Source: Nymphaea colorata
Lineage: Eukaryota
Assembly (NCBI RefSeq): GCF_008831285.2
Contig: NC_045138.2
Span: 11,160,001-11,224,000, forward strand
Direction: 5' to 3'
Length of the DNA stretch: 64,000 nt
The notes under the pieces are model-generated. The model was not told the origin of the DNA. It saw only the letters and a list, made by a program, of their open reading frames with translations, and searched no databases. Position 1 is the stretch's first letter. Each line of letters begins with the position of its first letter. Made by a program: the position numbers and the translations under genes. Positions 53,271 through 64,000 of this stretch are shown here, in pieces.

Positions 53271-55503
53271 TGAAAGGCAGCCTAAACTTTAATAAAAAAA
53301 AAAACAAAGTGATCTGTCCATTTGTCTTGGGTTATCTTCAATCCAAATTAAATTAGCTAGGAAAAAAGAGTCATATACTTTGAATTCATTTGTGCGATAT
53401 TGGATTAGTAACTAGTTTTTCAGTCTTCCCATGAGCTAGATGAGGCCCGAAGGTCTCCTCATTCCCCTTACCTTGGGATCTTGTGGTAGCATCAGCAAGG
53501 GTAATTTTGTACCCTTCAACTTACACACTGCACTCTGCCACCCATAGGACCATATTGGGCACAAGGATTGAACTAAAATTCTGCTTTCTAACAGGTCCCT
53601 ACCCCAACTAGCTACTCTATGCCCCTTGAGGCACCTAGTTCTCGAGTTTACTATTTTCCTTCGACCTTTTTTTTATACACAACTCTGCTGCCCTTGTATT
53701 GGTATTTTCTAAACTTTGCCAATGCTAAATAAGTGTTTCTTTAACAATCTCATGTCACCGATGTTTTTGGTGAATATCCCTTTTTTTTTTTTCGTTTAGC
53801 AGTTAAGTAGGTTTATTTCCATAAGGACCATGTTTTACAAAATGATACCTTTGCTGTGGACTACATTTTAAAGTACTCCCCGCCTTATGTTATCTTGCAA
53901 ATTTGTGCCTACAGTTATTTTCTTAATTCATTGTACTATATCCATAAATTTATGGACCTAAGAAACAGCTCCCACTCCAAAAAATATGACGTGGTAAATA
54001 GCTAATGAATGTATAGGTCGGCTTTTTTATTGTTTCCAAGTAAAATACTCCCCCTCCCCCCTTGGGGATCTCAAACCCTATATCGTGTAGGGTTAAACTG
54101 TAGCTTCTTTGAAGCATATGTTTGTCATACAGCTTTCTTGTATTACTTTTGGTGTGCTTCGATGCACATCAAGTCTTTCGCAGTATTTATGAACTTTATG
54201 ACTCTCTTAATGAGATTTGAGTTGTTTTGGTATGGGTTTTATCGATCTGCAAATTTACAAAAATGTGACCCTCCTTCCTTGGAGGTACTTGGGAGTTTCC
54301 TTCTCGTAGGAGTTTTCAAAACCAAGTGTTACAAATGTTATAGAGCCAGATGCAATGGTGGTCTAACAATGTATCTTTTTCGGGCGACTTAGTTTTAGTT
54401 GCTACAGTTCAGATAGTCTTCCCAGCTATTAGATGTGGAGATCCTTACTTTGGCAGGTCACAGCAAGGAAGATGGAAGCAATCATGGAGAATCCTTGTAG
54501 TTTTGACCCTCTAGACAACATTACTCACTTGATAGGAAACAGGCATGTTTACAAAAAGGAAGAAGCATGGGTCTCATTGTTCGAGAGAATTCAATGTTCC
54601 TTTTTTGGCAAAACGACACTGGAAGGTGGTGGGGAGATTCTAGTCACGACAGGTTCGGTTGATAAACCAAAAAATTGAGCAATCATGTAAAAATTCTTGC
54701 GTTTCCATCATCCAAATAACGTACTTCCACTTGATAAGTTGGAAACAAGCATGTTTAGCAAAAGTAGGAGCTTTCCGGATGAGTGGGAAACTAATCCCAC
54801 CTTGCGAATGAGAGCCGAAGCTCGTTTTTTCTCCTTGCCTGCATGGTCCAGGACTCTATCAGTAAGCGGGGGGCCGATGTGCTTTAACTCACATGTAGTG
54901 TTTCTATCCCTTTACAGCACAAGGGCATAGCACCCATTGGAGATGAATTGGAGAATCACCATCTACACGCCCCGCCCATTTGCACGAGGAAGCTTTAAGT
55001 CTAATAGTTTGAGAGAGATAAATGTTAGTTTTCGGGTGAAATAGGCTTACACGGTGATTTCAAGGCAGAAGTCACCTAGGGTTCAATTGATGAAGTGAAA
55101 AGCTATGCAATCGATCCTTATAATAAGTGGAATTGAAGAACACCAGTCCACACCTCAAGAAAGTATGTCGTAGGTACTACGTATGGTCTTCTTAGACGAT
55201 TGCAAATAGTAGCTCAAGGACAGGTCACAGAACTTTGGAGGGCAAGCAACACCCCTCTCATCTCCTTTTTCCCAAAAGCGATAGAACGGTAGCGAACTGG
55301 TGCAAGTACAGCAAAGGATGGCTTGAACAGGTTCTCTAAAATTCAACAAAATTCCTTAACTATAGGTTCGAGTAATCAGATCTCACGCATGAAGTCGAAT
55401 ATTTTTTTTCACAAGAAAAAAAAATAAAACAGCCAAAATCACTCTGCCAGCAAACCGACACATAAACTAGTTTGTTTGTATGCATGAACGAATCCATTAA
55501 TCC

Positions 55504-55547
55504 TAAAGCACCGCAAGCAGACCATTAAAGCACCGCAAGCAGACCAT
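55504..55547. repeat. Perfect 22-bp tandem duplication
   Basis: taaagcaccgcaagcagaccat x2. Confidence 0.9.
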
Positions 55548-56667
55548 GTACCTACAAGAACAAGAGATAAAGTTTTAACTCTCTTCTCAACGCTGAGATG
55601 AAATACTCCTACTCCCCAAAAAAAAGATGGTTGTATTCTTCACTCCCATCATTGAAGATTTGGAGATTTTATCGAGTTATTACTAAGACATAAAAGTCAA
55701 AATTATATTAGTCACAAACTAAACGTTTGGTATCATGCCGTACTCGTAACCTGGCGAATGCGCCACAGTGTTTGCCAACACCACCCTGAAAGACGTCTTA
55801 GAACATTCCACTATTGGCTCATAATATCCTCAGATTACCGAAGGCTACATAACACGTAAAATTCACAGATACTCCCACACGACCCTGAAGTTAAAGGAAA
55901 ATACGCCAACATAGCACACACCGAACTCCAACAACCCAAACAAGATATTTTAGCTCAGGCTGACAAAAAGACTCGAATTAAATCCTCACACAAAGCCATA
56001 GTGACCCCAAGCAAGCACAAGAAGCTTTGAGCAATTTGCACACGGTACACAGCTGTTGAAAAAGTCATCAGAAAGCAGACGCCTACGGGTATCATCTCTT
56101 CCAATTTGCATGCATTGGTTCTCATGTCCAAACCCCTAAGCATATAGGCAGAAACCTTGAGAGCAAAACATATTAAGGAATGGCAGGAGTTATAGAACCC
56201 AAAGCCTACTCGGCCAAGCTCAAAAGCATCGCTTTAAAGTCATCATATCCTCTATAATAAAAAAACTATTGGTTATAGAATCAAACACTTGAAAGTCTTA
56301 AATATTTGTCCCAATCCAACCTGACCCAATTGGATGTGTGGTGGCATTCAAACCCAAGTTGCATCTAACACAAAATGGACTAATAATTGCTAAGATCTTG
56401 GATGACCCCGCCTAAACAATCAAACAAGATTATTTATCAAGACAAAACCCAGAATCAAAAGCAAACTCAACAAGGCGAAATGCAAAAGTGGCATTTCCTT
56501 GAAAGCAAACATTCACATTCACTTCCTCCTAAAGCATACATCCACTTAAACACTACGGTCTTTGCAAAGACTAAAAATGAAAAGAAATGGGGCCACAAAG
56601 AGTAGTAGAATGTCCATGCCGTGGCCCACTTACCAACCAGTTTTGCATAGCACAAACAAAACCATAC

Positions 56668-56688
56668 AAGCCAAGAATGAATTGCCTT
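56668..56688 (-). promoter_or_regulatory. miR169 target site in the NF-YA 3' UTR
   Basis: The plus strand reads aagccaagaatgaattgcctt, nearly identical to miR169 (UAGCCAAGGAUGACUUGCCUG), so the minus-strand mRNA is complementary to it. It lies ~75 nt after the stop. miR169 regulation of NF-YA 3' UTRs is well established. Confidence 0.88.
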
Positions 56689-56763
56689 TTGAAACACCAG
56701 ACAACCAACGTCACAAGATAGTTGCCTTTTGTTCCTAATCCCACCCAGAACCATGTGCCAAGG

Positions 56764-59700
56764 TCACTGGATTGCAAGAACCTGTTGGCGAGCCATGTTC
56801 GAAAGGATTCCACCCCTCTGCACTGAGCAGTCTCCTTCATCAGCCCTCTCACCTGGAACTGAATGGAATGCTGAGTAGTGGAAACCCGTGTTCTTGTAAC
56901 ACCCATTGCAGTTGGAGTATGCATGCTGCTCACAAATGCCACGAACAGCTACTTGTTTGACTTCCTGCCCAGAAGAACAATTCAGATCTCCAGGTTTAGA
57001 AACCAAAAGCTCAGCACTTGATGAACCCAATGACTGCGGCAAAGTAGAAGATGCTAACGGCTCATCTTTGTTTTCAGGCTTAGAAGAAAGAGAACTTGTG
57101 TCTTGCTTCTTGGTATTAAGAAAACGACCACCACAGCCCCTCGCTCTTCTCAGTGCATGCCGATGACGTGATTCATGAAGGTAGGGCTGCAATCAAGCAA
57201 CAAAAGGGGCAAGAGGTTTCACACGGCATGAAAAGACTCAAAATTCTTCAAAAATATAAACAAATGAAACTGAAACTCAGAAGGAAACATATCATGCTCA
57301 AGTGTTTTTTCTTGTACAGTTGTACTAAATCATCCAGAAAGGCAGAAACAGTTATGAAAAATTTTAGATCAGCAGATGCAACCGCATAACCCGTCTTCTG
57401 TCTAAAGCATCCTACTTCAGAATTTCACAGTGCAGAAGGCTCGATCACAAACTCCCACCCAATTACAGGCTATCAGCAGAACATGTTCAAGAGAAACCCA
57501 GACTTGCACCTGACAGCCACACTCCATCACACCATGCCAATCCATTTGTTTTATGTTAAACAAACTTAAAGAATCATTTCTAAAAAAGAGCCAGGGGCAA
57601 TTTGATGCACATTGAAAAAATTCCATGACGCACTTCTCTCCAGATTTTTACCCTTTTTCCTGTGCATCAAATGCAGATAAATTTTTAATTGAATTCAGAG
57701 TTGATTCGGGAAAAGAAAAATATGGAAAAATGTCAGACGCTTCCAACAGCCACTAGTCATCAGCATTCATTTAGAAATGTGGCACCTAATAATGATTTTC
57801 TCTTGATCCACAGTTGGCTACTAATTGGAATCGATTAGAAAGGATAACCCAGTACAAAGTAATCATTCATTTGGCAAGCAAGATACATCAACTCAGAGGG
57901 TTTTAAGGACTTCCAGCCAGCTTTCCTGGTTTGAAATGAAAAGGCCTAATAGGTACTAGTATTGGAGACAACCACAGAGAGCAATAAAACAGTACTTCAT
58001 AGTGATGTCTATAGTATGACGACAATAAAAATGATAAGAGATAGAAAGATGCTCAACGATGTGTGTAGGATTTCGATCACTTGAAAGTTGGAACTTGGGC
58101 AAATAAAATGAAGAAATTACTCGATGCTAATGGTTCTCATGATTCAAGCATAAGTTTCGCAAGTCGAATAGGCTTTGAAAATACATAATCAGGAGCTAAC
58201 AGAATATATAACATAACAACCCCAATATCAGAAACTGTTGCAGTAGCTTGTTGCTGAATCAAGAAGACGGAAATATTAAAGGCTTAGAAATTGATTGAAA
58301 AGTGGAGCAGCCCATGAAAATTTACCTTTTTAAACATTACAAACATCATACATGTCTTATAGCCTATTGAAAAACATCAGTATCTACCGACGCAACGTAT
58401 TAAAAGCCAAATCTACCTTTCGAACTTTGATCACTTTCTTGTCCAGTTCAGCCTTGGCACGTGATTGTCTTCGCCTAAGAATCCCATGATATTGCTTTGC
58501 ATTGACATACACAGGCTCTTCAGCCATTTCCACTGGCAGCAGCATGCGATTCTGATGCAAACTCAGCAACTGGGGATGAACCTGAAATGGCAGAGGACAA
58601 GACAGTGCAAAGCTATTAATCATGGTCATCCTAATAATCATGCACATACATGACAGGAGGAAATATATGCAAATGTTACAATCAAGAATCTTAATGAGAA
58701 CACACAATACAATGTACAATTAATGCATATGTGAGTGCAAATGTGAAAATGATTAAATAAAATAAGAAGGCATCTAACAGATATGTGCAGGCAGACCCCA
58801 AAAAAGAACTACGCAAAAACCAGGGGGTAGACTGAGTAATTTCGTGAAGTAGCCTAAGAAAAACAAACTAAATAAGCGCAACTAAAGAGAGGCAAGAGGA
58901 ATCTTGAGGTGTTGAAATTCCCCTAGCACAACCACCACAACTAACATTTCTGTTTGGACCACTTAGCTGCCTTGCCCTAGGCACCTAGGTAGCCACCTGC
59001 CCATCCAGGCCCATAGCTTACCACAGAATTTGGCTAGTAAGACTAGTAATTGTATATCCTAGAAATGAAGCAACCACCTAATACAATTTGGATTAAAACA
59101 TCTAAAGATCTACTAAGAAGTTCAAAGGTCCATATTATTACAAATAAGTCAACATTAAGGAACAAATACTAACCAAAGCCTGATGTCCATAAGCTGCATA
59201 TACCCCTCCATAATAAGGATCATGGTATGGATAAGCTGCCTGGAAAAAATGGAGTAAAAAAAAATGATAAATTTAAAGGCTCTTAATAAATAACAGGCCT
59301 CTATCCCTTTCTATAGGGAGGAGCAATTTCCACAAAAAAAGAAGAAAGTAAAAGCTGCATTACTTGAGTGGCGATGACCTGGAAAACAATTTACTTCTTA
59401 GTAAACATACCACAGAATGACCAAGTTCCAGCTGAGTGTGTGGGGTGATGTATTCTGTTATCACTGGAGGAACTGGAGCAACGACATTCTGCAGGTGTTG
59501 CTCATGAGCAACGTTGCCATTGGAACCTGAAGGCAAATGTCGAGAGGTAAGCATATCAAAGTTGCAGGTGTAAGATGGCATGCATGCATGTACAAACACA
59601 CACACAAAATATGAATATATTGAGTGTGGAGCACATGTAAAAGCTTGAAACATTTATCAGAAACAAACTCTGTAAGCCTGACAATATCTAAACAGTTAAA

Positions 59701-59859
59701 AAGTAGCTTGCACTTTTTCTATTCTGATATGTAGGTGGCCCCTTCAGAAGGCCTGCTGCATCCATCACAAGCATGGTAATTCAGATTAGTGATACTGGGT
59801 CCATCTCTGTGCCATCATGTAAACAAAACCAATTGTGATCTGGCTAATTTCAATTCCCC

Positions 59860-59906
<47 letters not shown>

Positions 59907-61045
59907 TTACAGTACATTTACACATTGTCACAAAAAACGTGTACGGGTATTATACGGTGAAGAAAAAAACGGTATAATATGGCATAGTTGTATATCTCGG
60001 GAATAAAACGGAAAAAAGACGGCATATTTTTAAAAAATAAATAAATAATCTTGATAATTATATAAAAAGAAAGTAAATGAGAAATTAAACTACACAAGAT
60101 AACACACCACACATGTACAAACTACAAACTACAAACATAATACAAACTACAAAATGGAGTCAAAGACTTCACAAAGATGATGACAAGTAATTTATACTTT
60201 ATAGCTATGCCTACATAGAATCTTCAGAACAAAGAACTAACATAATCCAATAAAGAAGCCAAACAACAGAACTCAAGTCTCCAATTGTCACTTCGACTAA
60301 TATTTCATCTAAGCATGCATATATAAAGAACTACAGTAAAATAACAAGAGTAAGACAATCGAAGGAAGTAGAATGCCCTCCTCTTCAGCCGAATGAGAAC
60401 GAGAAGGACCGCCGGTGGAGTTGAGAGAAGCCCTCGCTTGCAGAAGCACCGCCACAGGGAGGCAACTGGTTGTAATGAGATTCCGGCTGGTGGAGATCGT
60501 CTCCCCAGTCGGGCAGTGGTCCAACACTGTCGCCCGACGACAGAGAGTCGGCCTGACCGCCTGAGTACTGGGGTGGTCGGTGGTTTTCAGTGGCGCCGCC
60601 TCCTTTCAGCCGAATGAGAAAGACAAACTGAGGAAGGAAGTCAAAGACTCGAGTCTTGAATGCCATCGATTTGGTGCAAAAATTTTAACCTAGTGGTCCT
60701 AGCCCCTTTCCTATCTGAAAATACTTTTTGCCACTAAAAGGGGCGAACAAGTTTTAAAACAAACTTTTTAAACAATTTACACGCTGTGCCATTTTCGGTC
60801 GCACCTTAAAAGAAAATGGCGAGAAACACACGTTTTATACGCGTTTTTTAATTTTTTGTCGTTTTTTTGAATAAAACGCGTCTTATTCTCGTTTTATTCG
60901 CTAGAGTCATTTGGCGTATAATATGCGTTTTTTTTTTAAAAACACCGTTTTTTACGATAGAACGTATAGGTTGGCCCGACCGATAGGCGATATGATACAC
61001 CTTTTACAACATTGATGTAAACAAAAAGGTGTCAGTGTTCAGTCA

Positions 61046-61113
<68 letters not shown>

Positions 61114-62462
61114 TAAAGTGTGTAAGATAAGTTGTATGCACCAGGCCAATAGTTAAATCATAATGTAAAGTTAAAAAATTCATACATTTATTTTATGAAT
61201 ATTGAGAAATATGCAAAAAGTCCAAAAATCTTTAGAAAATGAAGAAAAATATTCTTACTATGAAAAACATATCTTACATAAACATATAGATGAACATTCA
61301 TCAGTTTAACATGCATAAGTCATATAATCAATCAAGAGATAAAGTTATTGACTCTTATACACCACGAACCAAACTTTCTACGATAATGAACATGAATAAC
61401 TTTTATTCCTCAACATGGCAAGAACTCTCTCATAAAAGTCCTAAGGGTTTGCAGGAGTCTAGTATGAGAGGATTTTCATACTTAGTAAATGGGGGATGGA
61501 GGAGGCATGGATCACTTAAATTTTCCACCAAGCTTGTATCGTTAAATGCAGGCCATAACACACCATGTCACATGGTATGAGCTTCATAATGTATAAACAC
61601 CCTTATACCCAAGTTTCTCAAAAAACTGCCACTCCAGAACACAAAGTGACACGGTATCCTAACTATCACAAACCACAAATATATATAAAAAATAACATTT
61701 CATAAAATTTTCTTTTGGTAGAAAGTATTTTCAATCCTCAAATTATCTATATGCATCATATTAGATTGTCACCGGCTTCTTTTCTTGTGTCACAATTCTG
61801 ATACTCTTTACCAATCACACACCCAATATGATGAGAGTCAACCAAAAGATAGAATGAAACAAATTCATAGTCGTTGTTAAACCAACAGAAGATGATCAAG
61901 AAAGCAGATTCCTTTTCAAGTAAGACTTGCATTATGAATACAACATGGCAGGTACCAGCTAAATAGCAGGCCAACTCAAGAACCAAACAAATATGACTTC
62001 CTGGGATCAAAGCTCCATAAATAGAAATAACATCAAATCCCATATTCAAGGAAATGATCAAAGTAGATGTTAATATGGAAAGATAAGGTTAAAGATGATT
62101 GATTTAATCACACCAAACAAACAAGAAAAAGCATGCCAGCTTGCAGCAACCAAGACAAATGTTGGAAAAAGAGTTACACCTGTTTGTGGTTCCACCTGTT
62201 GAACTTCCCTTGCAGTACCACTCCATTCATTTAAGTTATTCAATGGGGAAGGTAGGGAATCACTGGGTGCTAACCGACTATTCCCTGACCCACCATCTGA
62301 ATATTTTAAAGACGATGAATTTGTAGGGTTCTCTTGAAACCCTTCAGAAGGCGTATCAAAAACCCCAAACGTTCGCCACCATGGCTTTGGGCTAATCCTA
62401 GATCCAGGTACGGCATCTGACCCCCGCTCTACTACATTTGCACTGTCAGATTTTGACTGCAT
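56764..62462 (-). CDS. NF-YA: Nuclear transcription factor Y subunit A (NF-YA/CBF-B/HAP2), 5 coding exons, ~350 aa
   Basis: Exons 62180-62462, 59411-59526, 59174-59239, 58417-58581 and 56764-57186 (1053 nt, GT-AG, in frame). Core domain [25 protein letters not shown]...[24 protein letters not shown]; also [10 protein letters not shown] and an N-terminal PWW motif. A 5'-UTR intron acceptor at about 62524 implies a non-coding first exon further right, possibly beyond the window. Confidence 0.93.
59923..61014. mobile_element. Non-autonomous DNA-transposon-like insertion in the first NF-YA coding intron
   Basis: Degenerate TIRs cattgtcacaaaaaacgtgtac / gatacaccttttacaacattg; aaaacg/cgtttt subterminal repeats in opposite orientation at the two ends; GC-rich core containing tcagccgaatgagaa twice (~60385, ~60606). 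Confidence 0.6.
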
Positions 62463-62479
62463 AATTTCTGTATATCTTC

Positions 62480-62500
62480 TCAGGAAATGACCGCCGACAT
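62480..62500 (-). promoter_or_regulatory. Short uORF (MSAVIS*) in the NF-YA 5' UTR
   Basis: ATG TCG GCG GTC ATT TCC TGA lies between the putative acceptor (~62524) and the main ATG (62462). Confidence 0.5.
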
Positions 62501-63186
62501 AGATTTGTCAAATCCCCTACAAACTGCAAAATTGAACTCATAAAAAAAGGTATAAAATTAACAAAAAAATTACAATCACAAAAAACTTAAAGGAAAGAAA
62601 TTCCAAAGAAGGGGATCTAATTTAAAACTCTGACAAAATATATGAAAAATCAAAAGAGATATGAGTTGAAGCAGAATCATGTTCTAAAATAAAAGATACC
62701 CCCCTCCTCCCAATATATATGATTAGCAGCATGCTTTCTATTAGCAAAAAGGAGAATCCTGCCCAACTACAAGTAACATATAAATCAAGCAATGAGCGAG
62801 AAAGCTTCCACCCTCATGGAAGGCAATGAAACCAAAAACAAGCGGACAATAACAAAAAAGGAGATCGAAAATATCCATGCCAAAAAACCTGATCAAACAA
62901 AGAGAGAAGGGATGCAAACAGTAACAACAATCAAAACCTAACCTTACTTTAGAGCAAAAGACCTCCACTTGGAGCAACAATCTCAAGTATAAAAGGCAAA
63001 TTCACATATATCAGAAGGAGAAAGGAACAATGCATGGAAAAAATAATTGGAAGAACCAAAAAATCACCATGAAGATCTTCCAGAGACAACCAACTGAAAT
63101 AAAAAAGGACAAATTGCATTTATCAACAAAACAAAAAAGGAAACTTGACATAATTATTGAAGTGAAAAATATAAAAAAGGAAAGTG

Positions 63187-63747
63187 CTATGTCACATACG
63201 TATGGCTAACTGGTGCCAGTAGAGGTACAGATGTGGAACAATTTCAAAAAACTTGAGTACGAGGATACAGCTGGGGAAAGCAGCCAATCACCAGAGAAGG
63301 TTGCCAGATGTTATAAATTGATGATAGCTTGGGCGCTAGAGGTTTCTGCATGCAGCATCCTGCAATAGAAGAGCCTTTGACTTCGGTCAAAGGCTGTTTA
63401 CCATGTATATACACAATGGAGAAAGCCATAAATTTTGGATTATATAGACCTAATGGAAATTGTCCAGATTCCAAATTTTGACAGTTTTGGTCTATTTATG
63501 TTACTTTTTTGCTGGTTTCATTTAATTTGAACCGCAACTGCCATGATGTGTTTCTTAAAGTCCTAAATTTATATATGTTTTTTTAGTATATTTACGTTGT
63601 TTGTTTATTTTAATGATGTGATGATATGAATTTTGTTTTTATTTTATTTTTTGGAATTAAATATATATAATTATCGCCATACCGCCGTACCTGTACCCGC
63701 TTCCCCCATACCTACCCTGCCTTTTTGCAAGTGTCCATGTTACATGG
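63187..63747. mobile_element. MITE of the CTATGTCACAT family in the NF-YA upstream/5'-UTR-intron region
   Basis: ctatgtcacat at 63187 and catgttacatgg at 63736-63747, with an AT-rich core and tacc-rich subterminal repeats. No clear TSD. Confidence 0.6.
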
Positions 63748-64000
63748 GGCATCCGTGTAAGTGGGGATCATGAAAGACCTTCAGAAGAAAATAAAAAAAA
63801 CCCCAAAAAAGATCATTTGAAGACCATAAAAACGCGTATATGATCGCAAAAAAAAAAGAGAGCATGAGAAACCTTGCAATTCTTTTAGGTTTGCCCTTCT
63901 TCAAATCTACTTCACTGAATTATAAGAACTAAATGAAATTTGTCAACAAGTCAAGTTAGAAGATGAAAAAGGATAATTATAGGTCCACCTTTCTCACCGA

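Noticed and set aside
60309..60666. Nested gene inside the NF-YA intron
   Set aside because: Short low-complexity ORFs in the GC-rich core of a TIR-type insertion, with no recognisable product.

Overview
Eukaryotic (angiosperm) nuclear DNA; the species cannot be fixed from the sequence alone. Five intact-looking protein-coding genes: two divergently oriented, intronless PLS-class PPR-DYW RNA-editing factors (OTP84/At3g57430-like on minus, REME1/At2g03880-like on plus), a 16-exon STRUBBELIG-receptor-family (SRF2-like) LRR-RLK with an atypical kinase (minus), an intronless P-class PPR gene (At1g77405-like, plus), and a 5-coding-exon NF-YA gene (minus) with a miR169-type site in its 3' UTR and a short uORF. 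Intergenic and intronic space is rich in transposable elements: a full-length but disrupted Ty1/copia element (282-bp LTRs, 5-bp TSD), a solo LTR carrying a 24-bp tandem array, a TRIM-like mini-element, a decayed hAT transposase with a GC-rich MITE inside its BED finger, nested hAT-type MITEs, and other remnants. Homology calls come from my recollection of these families, not from a database search. I found no convincing novel multi-gene system. The most interesting signals are TE structural oddities and post-transcriptional control features.
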